Source: Polyangiales bacterium (GTDB lineage Bacteria > Myxococcota_A > Polyangia > Polyangiales > Ga0077539). From it: DNA of 64,000 nt. The notes below the pieces were generated by a model. It searched no databases. It saw only the letters and a program-made list of their open reading frames with translations, and was not told the DNA's origin. The stretch is from assembly GCA_044229975.1 (NCBI GenBank), contig JBGARZ010000006.1, positions 480,001 through 544,000 of the forward strand. The letters run 5' to 3'. The position numbers and the translations under genes were made by a program. Below, piece by piece: positions 1 through 9,480 of the stretch (position 1 is the first letter of the stretch; every line of letters starts with the position of its first letter).

Positions 1-1417
1 CTACACCCGACACGCCGCCCTCCCACTCGCGCGCCTCGCGCACCGTGCGAATCAGCGCCGTCGCGTCGCAGTCCCCGCGCCGCAGGTCGTTGTCATCGGC
101 GTCGCCCGCGAGGAAGAGCGGTCGCCCCACCGCGAGCGCCGACACCAGGTCGATGACGTCGTCGAGGCACGCTCCACCGCGCGCTTCGATCAACAACCGC
201 GCGAGCGGTGCGTCGAGTGGGAGCCCATAGAGCTCGCTGCCTCGCGGGGTGAGCGTGCCCGCCGCGTCGATGGCGCCGAGCAGCGTGAGCTCGTCGTGGG
301 CCGCCGCGAGCGCCGCTGGTTTCGGCGGATCGAAGAGTGGCAGCTCGTCGACCCGTCGCCCCCACGCCGCCGCGCCCATCACCAGCGGAACCAGCGACTC
401 CCGATGGATCTCCGGCGGCGTCACCCGCTCCAGCACTGCCCCTTTTCCCCAGAGCCGATAACAGACACCCGGCCCTGTTCGGCCCGCGCGCCCGGTGCGC
501 TGCGCCGCGCTGTCCTGCGCGATGGACGCCAGCGCGAGAAAGCCTCTCCCCGCGTGGTAGCGCGTGCGCCGCACGAGCCCGGTGTCGATCACCACCCCGA
601 CGCCCGGCAGCGTGATGGACGTCTCCGCCACGTTGGTCGCCAGGATCACCTTGCGTCGCGCGCTTCGCTCGAACCCGCGCCGCTGCTCGTCGAGCGACAA
701 CCCACCATGCAGCGGAACCACCTCCCATGACGACCCCCGCAGCGCCCTCGCGCACGCGTCGATCTCCCCCTTGCCCGGTAGAAACACCAGCACGTCGCCC
801 GCATCGCTCGCCGCTGCGTCGACGGCGCGCATCACCCGCGCAGCGAGGTCGTCGCCGTGGGGCGATGCGGTGCCCGCTTCGAGGTAGCGCACATCGACGG
901 GGAAGGCGCTGCCGCCCGCGCTCACATGGACGGCACCGAGGTGGCTCGCGACGCGGTCGCCATCGAGCGTGGCGGACATCACCACGAGCCGCGGTGACGA
1001 GCGCCCGGCGAAGAGCGCGAGCAGCAGGTCGACGTCGAGGCCGCGCTCGTGAAACTCGTCGAGCACCAGCACGGCGTAGCGGTCGACGAGCTCGCGCGCA
1101 TGGAGCACCACGCCCGGCGTGGCGAAGAGGATGCGCGTCGCTTCACTCGCGACGGACTCGTCGCGGACGGCGTAGCCGACGGTGGTTCCGAGAGGGGTGG
1201 CTTCGAGGTCGGCGACGCGGGCGGCGAGGCTGCGACAGGCGACGCGGCGCGGCTCGACGACGAGCACCCGACCGAGCGCGGTGGCCCAGCGCGGGACCTC
1301 GGTGGACTTGCCCGACCCGGTGGGCGACGACACCACCACGGGGCCCGCGGCGAGGGCCGCGTCGAAGGCACTTCGCACGGCGTGGATGGGCAGCTCGTCG
1401 GGCTTCACGACGGCCAT
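1..1417 (-). CDS. hrpB: ATP-dependent DEAH-box RNA helicase HrpB-like (3' part runs off the window)
   Basis: Manual minus-strand translation gives MAVVKPDELPIH..., Walker A SPTGSGKST, VLDEFHER, MSAT, LVFLPGKGEI, ATNVAETSIT and QRTGRAGR. Absent from the ORF track because no stop lies in the window. Confidence 0.88.
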   Translation of the reverse strand, partial: MAVVKPDELPIHAVRSAFDAALAAGPVVVSSPTGSGKSTEVPRWATALGRVLVVEPRRVACRSLAARVADLEATPLGTTVGYAVRDESVASEATRILFATPGVVLHARELVDRYAVLVLDEFHERGLDVDLLLALFAGRSSPRLVVMSATLDGDRVASHLGAVHVSAGGSAFPVDVRYLEAGTASPHGDDLAARVMRAVDAAASDAGDVLVFLPGKGEIDACARALRGSSWEVVPLHGGLSLDEQRRGFERSARRKVILATNVAETSITLPGVGVVIDTGLVRRTRYHAGRGFLALASIAQDSAAQRTGRAGRTGPGVCYRLWGKGAVLERVTPPEIHRESLVPLVMGAAAWGRRVDELPLFDPPKPAALAAAHDELTLLGAIDAAGTLTPRGSELYGLPLDAPLARLLIEARGGACLDDVIDLVSALAVGRPLFLAGDADDNDLRRGDCDATALIRTVREAREWEGGVSGV

Positions 1418-1466
1418 GATGGACCATCCCGCGGCCGCGACGGATGACGTAGAGTCCGCGGCTGCC

Positions 1467-1787
1467 ATGAAGGACATCCTCGTCGTCGCCATCGTGTTCG
1501 CGGTCCCGATCTCGGCGATCATCTCGTGGGCGAAGATCAAGCTCCGGCGCATCGAGCTGGAGGCCGGCGCCGTGGGCAACCGCCAGCTCGAAGACCGGCT
1601 GCAGCGCCTGGAGCGCGAGCGCGCCGACCTGGAGGAGCGCATCGGCGCGCTGGAGTCGATCGTGACCCTGGACGCCCCGGTGCAGGCGCGCACCCGCGTT
1701 CGCGTGGAGGCCGCGGCGGCGGCGAGCGCGGAGGACGACGAGGCGGCCCTCGCGCAGGTCGCCGCCCGGCGCGGTCAGCGCACGTAG
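1467..1787 (+). CDS. Small membrane protein with N-terminal TM helix and coiled coil (PspB-like architecture)
   Basis: MKDILVVAIVFAVPISAIISW hydrophobic helix followed by LEDRLQRLERERADLEERIGALESIVT heptads. Confidence 0.6.
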   Translation: MKDILVVAIVFAVPISAIISWAKIKLRRIELEAGAVGNRQLEDRLQRLERERADLEERIGALESIVTLDAPVQARTRVRVEAAAAASAEDDEAALAQVAARRGQRT

Positions 1788-3154
1788 ATCGTAAACCGCC
1801 GCACCGACGAGCAGGCGTTGGTGGAGATGTTGCCGTTCCAGGAGAGGTCGCTGGTGGGGCAGGTGTCGAAGCCGCCGTTGCCGAAGCGCGCGAAGAACGG
1901 CGCCGTCGTGTCCTGGATGCAGACGCGGCCGAAGTTGGAGCCGTCGTCCCAGGCGCCGCCGCAGTTGTCGGCGAAGCTGCGGTAGCCGTAGCGGAGCGAG
2001 CGCGAGACGGCCGCGGCGTTGTTGAGCGACACCATCACCGTGTCGTCGCGCCGGTCGATCGCGAGCGGCGAGGACGTGCGCCACGCCGTCGGGATGTTGA
2101 AGCGCGCCGTGGTCACGCCCGCGAGGGGCGCGAAGGACGCGTCACGGTGGACGAGCAGCGCCTCGGTCGCGGTGTTGGAGTTGACGAGCGCGAGCGCCAC
2201 GTCGGTGCGCGTCCAGTTCGCGTCGGTCTGGTTGATGTTGGTGTTGGCGGAGTCGAAGACGAGCGTCCAGCCGCCGCCGTCAGTCGCCATGTCGCAGTTG
2301 GCGAACACCGGAACGTTCGGCCCGTAGTGGTCGAGGTCGACGACGTAGGGACCGCTGGGGAGCGTGGGGCGGCGCGTGTGCAGCTCGGCGCACGAGCGTC
2401 CGGCGAGGCAGTTGCCGTCGTTGCACATCTGGTCCATCGGGCAGACCCGTCCGCAGCGGTTGCAGTTGTCGTTGTCGGTGTTGGTGTTGGTCTCGCACCC
2501 GTTGGCGACGTTGCCGTCGCAGTCGGCGGTGGTGCCGAGGCACGACGCCACCGCGCAGGCGCCCGACACGCAGGCCGCGGTGCCCGACGGGACGGAGCAC
2601 ACCACGCCGCAGCCGCCGCAGTGATTGACGTCCGTGATGGTGTTGACGCAGGTGGTGCCGCACAGGGTCTGCCCCGCCGGGCAGATGGGCGGCATGTCGA
2701 CAGGCACATCGGGGACGTCGACGCCCACATCAACAGGCACATCGGGGACGTCGACGCCCACGTCGACGGGCACATCGGGGACGTCGAAGCCCACATCGAC
2801 GGGCACATCGGGGACATCGAAACCCACGTCGCCGGGGACATCGGGGACGTCGAAGCCCACGTCGCCGGGGACATCGGGCACGTCGAAGCCCGCGTCGGGA
2901 ACATCCACCGAGACAACATCGGGCACATCGACGGACACATCGACGGGCACATCGACGGGCACATCGACGGCGGCGTCGGTCGGAACATCGACCGCCACGT
3001 CGCGGCCGGTGTCGGTGGAGCCGTCGCTCGGGTTGTTGACCCCGGTGTCAGAAGGGAAGACGAGCGAAGGGTTGCCGAGCGAGCACCCTGCAACCAGCGC
3101 GAGCAACGGCACGCCACACCAGAACGCCCGACGCACGCTTCGACCTTCCCTCAT
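1775..3154 (-). CDS. Surface lipoprotein: DVP repeats, Cys-rich repeat and fibrinogen-related C-terminal domain
   Basis: Lipobox LVAGC; (DVPDVPVDVG)n stalk; CVNTITDVNHCGGCG and DCDGNVANGCE; fibrinogen-like YVVDLD...VFANCDMATDGGGWTLV. Start trimmed to MREGRS. Confidence 0.8.
   Translation of the reverse strand: MREGRSVRRAFWCGVPLLALVAGCSLGNPSLVFPSDTGVNNPSDGSTDTGRDVAVDVPTDAAVDVPVDVPVDVSVDVPDVVSVDVPDAGFDVPDVPGDVGFDVPDVPGDVGFDVPDVPVDVGFDVPDVPVDVGVDVPDVPVDVGVDVPDVPVDMPPICPAGQTLCGTTCVNTITDVNHCGGCGVVCSVPSGTAACVSGACAVASCLGTTADCDGNVANGCETNTNTDNDNCNRCGRVCPMDQMCNDGNCLAGRSCAELHTRRPTLPSGPYVVDLDHYGPNVPVFANCDMATDGGGWTLVFDSANTNINQTDANWTRTDVALALVNSNTATEALLVHRDASFAPLAGVTTARFNIPTAWRTSSPLAIDRRDDTVMVSLNNAAAVSRSLRYGYRSFADNCGGAWDDGSNFGRVCIQDTTAPFFARFGNGGFDTCPTSDLSWNGNISTNACSSVRRFTIYVR
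2695..2970 (-). repeat. Coding tandem repeat (~33-bp units, DVPDVPVDVGF/V, plus 12-bp VDVP units)
   Basis: Repeated ggcacatcggggacgtcga and cgacgggcacat units, in frame within the lipoprotein. Confidence 0.85.
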
Positions 3155-3275
3155 GATCCGGCCACCGTAGGGAACCTTCCCACCGATGGCAACGGCCAAT
3201 CTCCCGCAGGGATGCGGCAAGCACCCCCCGAAGGCCGATCGGGTGACGCCAGGGACATCGGCTATGTTCGCGCGC

Positions 3276-5774
3276 ATGCGCTTCAAGCACCTGGGTTCCG
3301 TCGCGCTCCTCCTCGGGTGCGCCCCGGTCGCCGTCCCTGGTCCCGTGGGCCCCGATGGGGGCGCGGTCGACGTCACGACCGTCATCGACTCGGGCGCCAC
3401 AGACGACGTCACGACCACCATCGACTCGGGCCCCCCGGACACCGTCACGACCGTCGACGTTCCCGCCGCGACGGACCTCTCGACGACCGATGCGCCCGCG
3501 ACGGATGTGCCTCTCGCGGTCGATGTACCGGCCGCCGTCGATGCGCCCGCGGACGTTCCCGCCACGCCGTGTACGTCGTCGCGCATGTGCCCGGGTCAGG
3601 TCTGCGACGTCGTCGCCGGGCGCTGCGTCGACTGCCTCAGCACGGTCGACTGCACGGGGACGGACGTCTGCCGCGGCAACCGGTGTGTCCCGCCGCCGCG
3701 CGCGTGCCGATCGTCCCGCGAGTGCTCCGACCTCGACCAGGTCTGCCACCCCACGCGCAACGTCTGCGTCCAGTGCGCCGGGGACAACGACTGCCCCGGC
3801 GGTTTCTGCGCGCCCGACGACGCGTGCCAGCCGCGGGTGTGTACGCCCGACGAGCGCACCTGCGTCGACGCTGCGCGGGTGAGGGCCTGCGACGCGCGCG
3901 GATCGGCCGTCACCGAGACGGCGTGCGCGACGACCGAGACGTGCAGCGGCGGCCGGTGCCTCCCGCGGGTGTGTACGCCCGGCGCGGCGGACTGCGCCTC
4001 CGATGGCATGCGCCGCACCTGCAACGCCGACGGCCTCGCCTACACCACGGCGACGTGTCCCGGCGCGCAGGTGTGCGTCGGCGGCGCGTGCCAGGAGGGC
4101 TGCGCGGGCGGCCTCCTGCGCTGCGGAGCGACCTGCGTCGACCCGCGCGGCGACGCGGCGAACTGCGGCGGTTGTGGCGTGCGCTGCGGGTCCGGCGAGG
4201 TGTGCGCCGCGGGGCGGGAGGGCTGCATGGCGGCGTGCGTTCCGGCGACGACCACGACCGCGATCACGGGGACGACGCTGAGCGCGCGGCTGCCCGCGGG
4301 TCTCGCCGCACGAGCGACGGACACTTCGGGAACGGGCCGCGGCGTCGCGGGCGAGGACGCCACGACGGGGGTTGCGTGGCTCATCGGGCGCACCGGGCCG
4401 GTGACGAGCGCCGACCTCGCGGAGGCGGTGATTCGCATCGAGGGCCCCATCACGCAGCTCAGCACGGCGCGCTCCCTGCTGGCGGGGGAGCGCGTTCGGC
4501 TCGCCGATGGGGAGGAGGCCATGCACGAGCGCATCGTGACGACGTGCACCTCCGCGACGGCGCTGCGCGACCGCATCGCGACGTCCCTCGCGCTGCCCGC
4601 GCCGGGCGGCTCGGCGGTGGGCGCCGGGTCGGAGTGCGTGGTGGAGTTCGCCGTCACGCGCCGGGCGAGCGGCGAGGTCCTCGTCGCCCTCGCGGTCGCC
4701 CAGCGAACCGACTGGAACACCTCCGAAGCCACGGCGCGGCGCCTGCGCGACCTGACGGTGTTCGGTCTCCCACAGTCGACGGCGATGCCCGCGGCGGTGT
4801 GCGCGACGCTGCGCGCCGAAGCGACGGCTCCGGTCGACATCGTGTGGTTTCAGGACACGTCGGCCTCGCTCGCGACCTACCAGACGCGCGTGGCACGGGC
4901 GGCGCCGGCCTTCATCGACGGCCTGACCAGTGCGGGTGTCTTCGCCCGCGTGGCGGTGATGCAGGCGAGCTACGTCGCGCACAACCTCGACGCGCCGGGT
5001 CTCAGCTGGGTAGGCGCCTCGGTGACCAACGCGGCCTACTACCTCTGCGACCGGCTGACGGCGTCGGGCCAGGCGACCTGCCCGCTGATGACCGCGGGCT
5101 TCACGGACATCGCCAGCCCGTACCCCAACAGCGGCGCCGGGGTGACGACCAACGAGGAGCCCATCGCGGCGTCCATCGTCGACTTCACCACGCTCATCAA
5201 CCGCGCGACCGCGGGCGAGACCAACGTCGATCGCCGGGTGCGCGCGGGCGCCCGCCGCGTGGCCATCGGGCTCACCGACGAGCCCGGCTCCAACGACTAC
5301 ACGCGCTACTTCCAGTCGGGCGCGGCGCCCGATACGGGCTCCGCCTGGGGCAACCCCTGGAGCGCCGCGACGCTCGCCAACATCGCCGCGTGGTTTGCGC
5401 GCAACAACGTGCTGCCGTTCGGGTTGTACCCGCACACCACCACGCGCTGCGGCGCCAGCGTCGTCGACCTCCCGCGCTGCACCGCGAGCGCGGCCGGCGG
5501 CGCCTACGCCGACCTCGTCACCACGACCGACGCCGACATCGAGGCCGCCATGGCCGCCTTCGCCGCGACCATCGCCGCCGACGTCGCCACGCTGCGCCTC
5601 ACCTCCGTCCCCGTGGGCGGGCTCGCGCGCGTGACGCTGCGCGGGGTCGTGGTGCCCCGCTCGCGCGTCGACGGCTACGACATCGACCCGGCGCGCCGCG
5701 CGCTGGTGTTTCGTGGACCGACGTACCGCCCCGCCGCGGGCGACGCGGTGACCGTCACGTACCCCGCCTGGTGA
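3276..5774 (+). CDS. Cys-rich surface lipoprotein with C-terminal vWA-like domain
   Basis: Lipobox LLLGC; D/T/V/P stalk; many CxPG..C repeats; PVDIVWFQDTSAS (MIDAS DxSxS) and LTDE. Confidence 0.8.
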   Translation: MRFKHLGSVALLLGCAPVAVPGPVGPDGGAVDVTTVIDSGATDDVTTTIDSGPPDTVTTVDVPAATDLSTTDAPATDVPLAVDVPAAVDAPADVPATPCTSSRMCPGQVCDVVAGRCVDCLSTVDCTGTDVCRGNRCVPPPRACRSSRECSDLDQVCHPTRNVCVQCAGDNDCPGGFCAPDDACQPRVCTPDERTCVDAARVRACDARGSAVTETACATTETCSGGRCLPRVCTPGAADCASDGMRRTCNADGLAYTTATCPGAQVCVGGACQEGCAGGLLRCGATCVDPRGDAANCGGCGVRCGSGEVCAAGREGCMAACVPATTTTAITGTTLSARLPAGLAARATDTSGTGRGVAGEDATTGVAWLIGRTGPVTSADLAEAVIRIEGPITQLSTARSLLAGERVRLADGEEAMHERIVTTCTSATALRDRIATSLALPAPGGSAVGAGSECVVEFAVTRRASGEVLVALAVAQRTDWNTSEATARRLRDLTVFGLPQSTAMPAAVCATLRAEATAPVDIVWFQDTSASLATYQTRVARAAPAFIDGLTSAGVFARVAVMQASYVAHNLDAPGLSWVGASVTNAAYYLCDRLTASGQATCPLMTAGFTDIASPYPNSGAGVTTNEEPIAASIVDFTTLINRATAGETNVDRRVRAGARRVAIGLTDEPGSNDYTRYFQSGAAPDTGSAWGNPWSAATLANIAAWFARNNVLPFGLYPHTTTRCGASVVDLPRCTASAAGGAYADLVTTTDADIEAAMAAFAATIAADVATLRLTSVPVGGLARVTLRGVVVPRSRVDGYDIDPARRALVFRGPTYRPAAGDAVTVTYPAW

Positions 5775-6045
5775 CCCGCTCGACCTCCGCGCGACACCCA
5801 TCGAGCACCACGCCCAGCACCGCCGCCGCCATCCCCTCGGGCACGCCCGCCGTCGCCGCGCGCTCGGCCCAGCGCGCCCGCAGCGCATCTTCTCGCGTGC
5901 GATCCACGGCGCCCACGCCGTGCTGTCGCTTCCACTCGCCGATCGCCCGCACCGCCGCCAGCCGCCGCGCCATCGCGTCCATCAGCGCCGCGTCCGCTGC
6001 GTCGACCGCCGCGCGCAACCCGTCGAGCTCATCGTTCGTCGCCAT
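5755..6045 (-). CDS. Chorismate mutase (AroQ/type II, monofunctional)
   Basis: LDGLRAAVDAADAALMDAMARR...IGEWK...DRTRE matches the AroQ pattern LR..ID..D..L...L..R......IG..K......D..RE. Confidence 0.85.
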   Translation of the reverse strand: MATNDELDGLRAAVDAADAALMDAMARRLAAVRAIGEWKRQHGVGAVDRTREDALRARWAERAATAGVPEGMAAAVLGVVLDGCRAEVERVTRRGT

Positions 6046-6110
6046 GACCCCTACGCTACCGCTGCGAGCACCGGTGGCCACGCGCGTCCGCCCGGTGTAG
6101 TGGTCGGCCC

Positions 6111-8597
6111 ATGAACCGTACCGCGCGCCCGGAGGTGCTCAGCCCCGCGGGTGATCCCGACGCCCTGCGCGCCGCCATCCAGGCCGGCGCCGACGCCGTC
6201 TACTTCGGCCTCCAGGGCTTCAACGCCCGCGCCCGCGCCACCAACTTCGACGCCGCCTCGCTGCGCGACACCATCGAGCTGCTCCACAGCCACGGCGTCC
6301 GCGGGTACGTCACGCTCAACACCCTCGTGTTCGATGCCGAGCTCCCCGCCGTCGAAAACGCCCTCCGCGCCTGCGCCGCCGCTGGCGTCGATGCCGTCAT
6401 CGTCCAGGACCTCGCGGTCCTTCGCCTCGCTCAAGCCGTCGCCCCCGACCTCGCGGTGCACGCCTCCACCCAGATGACCTGCACCGACGCGGGCGCCGTC
6501 GACTTCGCCGCCTCCCTCGGCGCCTCGCGCGTCATCCTCGCCCGTGAGCTCTCCCTCGACGACATCGCGAAGATCCGCGCGGCCACCGACGTCCCCGTCG
6601 AGGTCTTCGTGCACGGCGCGCTCTGCGTCGCTTACTCGGGCCAGTGCCTCACCAGCGAGGCCATCGGCGGACGCAGCGCCAACCGCGGCGCCTGCGCGCA
6701 AGCCTGCCGGCTCCCCTACACCCTCGTCGTCGACGGCATCGTGAAGGACACCGGCGACCGCGCCTTCCTGCTCTCGCCCGAAGACCTCGAAGCCTCCGAC
6801 CTCATCCCGCAGCTCACGGCCCTCGGCGTCGCCTCCGTGAAGATCGAAGGCCGCCTCAAGGCCGACCGCTACGTCGCCGCCACCGCCGCGCTCTACCGCC
6901 AGGCCGTCGACGCCGCCGCGGGCGATTCCCCCGCGCCCGACGCGGCCACCCGCGAGCGCGCGCTCCAGATGTTCACCCGTGGATCGGGCCCCGGCTTCCT
7001 CGCGGGCGTCGATCACCAGCGCCTCGTCGACGGCTCGACGTGTGACCATCGCGGACTGCGCGTCGCCACGCTGCGCGCCGTCGATCGCATGGGCCCGCGC
7101 ACCTGGCTGCGCCTCTCCCTCGACGCCTCCATCGCCCGCGGCGACGGCCTGCTCGTGCAGGGCGGTCGCGCCAACGAGGGTGAGGTCGGCGGCCGCGTCT
7201 GGAACATCACCGTCGACGGTCGCGACGTCGAGCGCGCCGACGCTGGTGCTGATGCCCGCGTGTGGTTCGGCCCCGACCGCGACGTCTCTGCGGCACAGGT
7301 CGGTCACGCCGTCTGGCGCACCGACGCGCCCGCCGAAGAGCGCGCCGTCCGCGACGCCATGCAACACGCCAACGCAGGCGACGTCGTCGACCTCACGCTC
7401 CACGGTCGCGTCGGTGAGCCCGCCCGCCTCGAAGGAACCACCCGCAGCGGCCGACGCGCCACCGTCACGGGCGACGCTCCCCTCGAAGCGGGGCGCAACG
7501 GCCGAACGCCCGATGAGGTCGTTCGCGACAAGCTCGGTCGCCTCGGTGGGAGCACGCTGCGCGTCGGCGTCATCACCAACGCGCTCGCCGACGACGCGTC
7601 CATCGCTCCGTCCGCGCTCAACCGCCTGCGCCGCGCGCTCGTCGACGAGCTCGCCGCCCACATCGCCACCGCGCACGTCACCACCGACGCCAGCGCTGCT
7701 TCGTTGCTCGCGTCTGCTGTTCCGCCCGATCGATCGCCTGCACCCGCCGGGCTCTTCGTGTTGTGCCGCTCGCTCGCACAAGCTCACGCCGCCCTCGACG
7801 CGGGCGCCGACGGCGTCTGCCTCGACCTCCTCGAACTCACGGGAACGGGGCCCGCCGTGCGCGCCCTCCGCGAGCGCGGACCGGTGCACATCACCCTCAC
7901 GCCGCCCCGCATCCGCAAGCCCGGCGAGGAGAAGATCGACCGCTACCTCGCGTCGCTCTCGCCCGACGCCATCCTGGTGCGCGGCCTCGGCGCGCTGCGC
8001 GAGTCGTCCCTCGCGACGGATGGAATCACCCGCATCGGCGACGCCTCGCTCAACGTCACCAACCGGGTCAGCGCGGCGACGGTTCTCGCGCACGGGCTGT
8101 CGTCGTTGACGCCGTCCTTCGACCTCGACGCCGCGCAGGTGATGGCGCTGCTGGAGTCACCGTTCGGGCCGTGGTCGGAGCTGGTGGTGCACCACCCGAT
8201 GCCCCTCTTCCACATGGAGCACTGCGTGATCGCCGCCGAGCTCTCGACCGGCCACACGCACCTCGACTGCGGCCGCCCCTGCGAGCATCACCGCGTCTCC
8301 CTCCGCGACCGCGCCGGCATGGAACACCCCGTCGAAGCCGACGTCGGCTGCCGCAACACCGTCTTCCACGCCGCCGCCCAGAGCGCCGCCGGGCTCGTTG
8401 CTGGAGCTCGTCGCGCGGGCGTTCGGCGCTACCGGGTGGAGCTCGTTCGCGAGACGCCCGAGGACGTCGCCCGCATCGTCGACGCCTACCGCCGGCTGCT
8501 CTCCGACCGCGCCACCGCCGCCGAGGTCTGGAACACCCTCAAGACCGAAGCCCACTACGGCGTGGTGCGCGGCTCCCTGCGGGTGCTCGCCGACTGA
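6111..8597 (+). CDS. Peptidase U32 family protein, long RlhA-like form (Fe-S dependent RNA hydroxylase)
   Basis: PEVLSPAG, GADAVYFG, FNARARA, HASTQ, LARELS, EVFVHGALCVAYSGQC...SANRGACAQACR, KIEGR; long C-terminal extension with MEHCV...CGRPC...GCRNTVF. Confidence 0.9.
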   Translation: MNRTARPEVLSPAGDPDALRAAIQAGADAVYFGLQGFNARARATNFDAASLRDTIELLHSHGVRGYVTLNTLVFDAELPAVENALRACAAAGVDAVIVQDLAVLRLAQAVAPDLAVHASTQMTCTDAGAVDFAASLGASRVILARELSLDDIAKIRAATDVPVEVFVHGALCVAYSGQCLTSEAIGGRSANRGACAQACRLPYTLVVDGIVKDTGDRAFLLSPEDLEASDLIPQLTALGVASVKIEGRLKADRYVAATAALYRQAVDAAAGDSPAPDAATRERALQMFTRGSGPGFLAGVDHQRLVDGSTCDHRGLRVATLRAVDRMGPRTWLRLSLDASIARGDGLLVQGGRANEGEVGGRVWNITVDGRDVERADAGADARVWFGPDRDVSAAQVGHAVWRTDAPAEERAVRDAMQHANAGDVVDLTLHGRVGEPARLEGTTRSGRRATVTGDAPLEAGRNGRTPDEVVRDKLGRLGGSTLRVGVITNALADDASIAPSALNRLRRALVDELAAHIATAHVTTDASAASLLASAVPPDRSPAPAGLFVLCRSLAQAHAALDAGADGVCLDLLELTGTGPAVRALRERGPVHITLTPPRIRKPGEEKIDRYLASLSPDAILVRGLGALRESSLATDGITRIGDASLNVTNRVSAATVLAHGLSSLTPSFDLDAAQVMALLESPFGPWSELVVHHPMPLFHMEHCVIAAELSTGHTHLDCGRPCEHHRVSLRDRAGMEHPVEADVGCRNTVFHAAAQSAAGLVAGARRAGVRRYRVELVRETPEDVARIVDAYRRLLSDRATAAEVWNTLKTEAHYGVVRGSLRVLAD

Positions 8598-9010
8598 CCT
8601 GCAGGCGCGGTTGTCGCCACCCCACCATCGGGCGGGTTGACGTTGTTGCCCGCCGCCTCGTCGTACGGAACCAACGTCCGCTGCAGCAGCGCCCGGGTCT
8701 CCTCGTCGAGGGCCGAGGGCGATCGCTCGACGGCCTCACGCGCCAGTACCAACCAGTGCCGCGCCTCTTCGCGCTGACCGAGGCGCTCGCTGGTCATCCC
8801 CCGCACGTAGCGGTACCGCACCTGCTCGGCCGCATCGAGGTGACCGAAGTTCACCTCCAGGTCTTCGAGGTTGGTGAGCGCCGCTTCGTAGCGCGCCGCC
8901 CGGTAGTGACTGTCGGCCCGATCGAGCTGGTCGCGGTAGTTCGCGCAGCCCATCCCCAACGCCAGCAGCCCCGTGATGATCCAGAGAGGTCCCGTCCGCA
9001 CGGCGGGCAC
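8555..9010 (-). CDS. Putative lipoprotein with a TPR-like helical domain
   Basis: LLALGMGC lipobox; LDRADSHYRAARYEAAL...YRYVRGMTSERLGQREEARHWL. Confidence 0.7.
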   Translation of the reverse strand: MPAVRTGPLWIITGLLALGMGCANYRDQLDRADSHYRAARYEAALTNLEDLEVNFGHLDAAEQVRYRYVRGMTSERLGQREEARHWLVLAREAVERSPSALDEETRALLQRTLVPYDEAAGNNVNPPDGGVATTAPAGQSASTRREPRTTP

Positions 9011-9371
9011 CGTATCACGGTCCGCCCGACGGACCGCCGACCGTGCCGCCTGGCCAACCGGTCTCCCACCCTACGACATGGATGTCAGAGCCGACGGCCT
9101 CAACGCCCCACGCTCTTCCCACTGGGCCCCGTGAATTCCCCGCTCACCTAGTTATCCAGCCCGATGCACCCACCCTGGCACGTCGGCTGCACAAGCTCCC
9201 TGCGCTTCGTTCCTTAGTCCCCCTTCTTCAGCCTTCTTCCTTCGCCTCGGTCTCCCTCTTCCTTCGTCTCTGCCTCTTTCTTCGACTCTCTTCGCTTCAA
9301 CGGTACGACCCGACACCTTCTTCCTTCGTCCGTCACTTCTGCCTCGCTCCCCCAACACCTACCGACTCCTT

Positions 9372-9417
9372 GAGCCCGGGGGCGCCTCAACCGCGTCCCC
9401 GGGCTTCTTGTATTTTT
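9372..9417 (+). terminator. Intrinsic terminator-like hairpin
   Basis: 13-bp stem (9373-9385 with 9393-9405, one G-T pair), 7-nt loop, followed by TCTTGTATTTTT. Confidence 0.55.
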
Positions 9418-9480
9418 CGCACCTCGCTCAAACCCGGACGTCTCCATCGGTGTCTCAATCCCCCGCTGGAGGAAAACCCG

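Noticed and set aside
2695..2970. Regular ~33-bp repeats resembling a CRISPR array
   Set aside because: No unique spacers, in-frame coding repeat, no cas genes
1526..6100. 1524-aa ORF and other very long Arg/Gly/Ala-rich ORFs (e.g. 15818-18943, 29798-32524, 31798-34278, 51669-54053)
   Set aside because: Shadow frames of real genes in high-GC DNA; no motifs, and they overlap well-supported CDS
9152..9161. TTATCCA DnaA-box-like word near a low-GC tract (possible oriC)
   Set aside because: Single imperfect box; no box cluster or dnaA/dnaN context
9043..9480. N-terminal extension of the 9043-10032 ORF
   Set aside because: Atypical composition; RBS and signal peptide support ATG 9481
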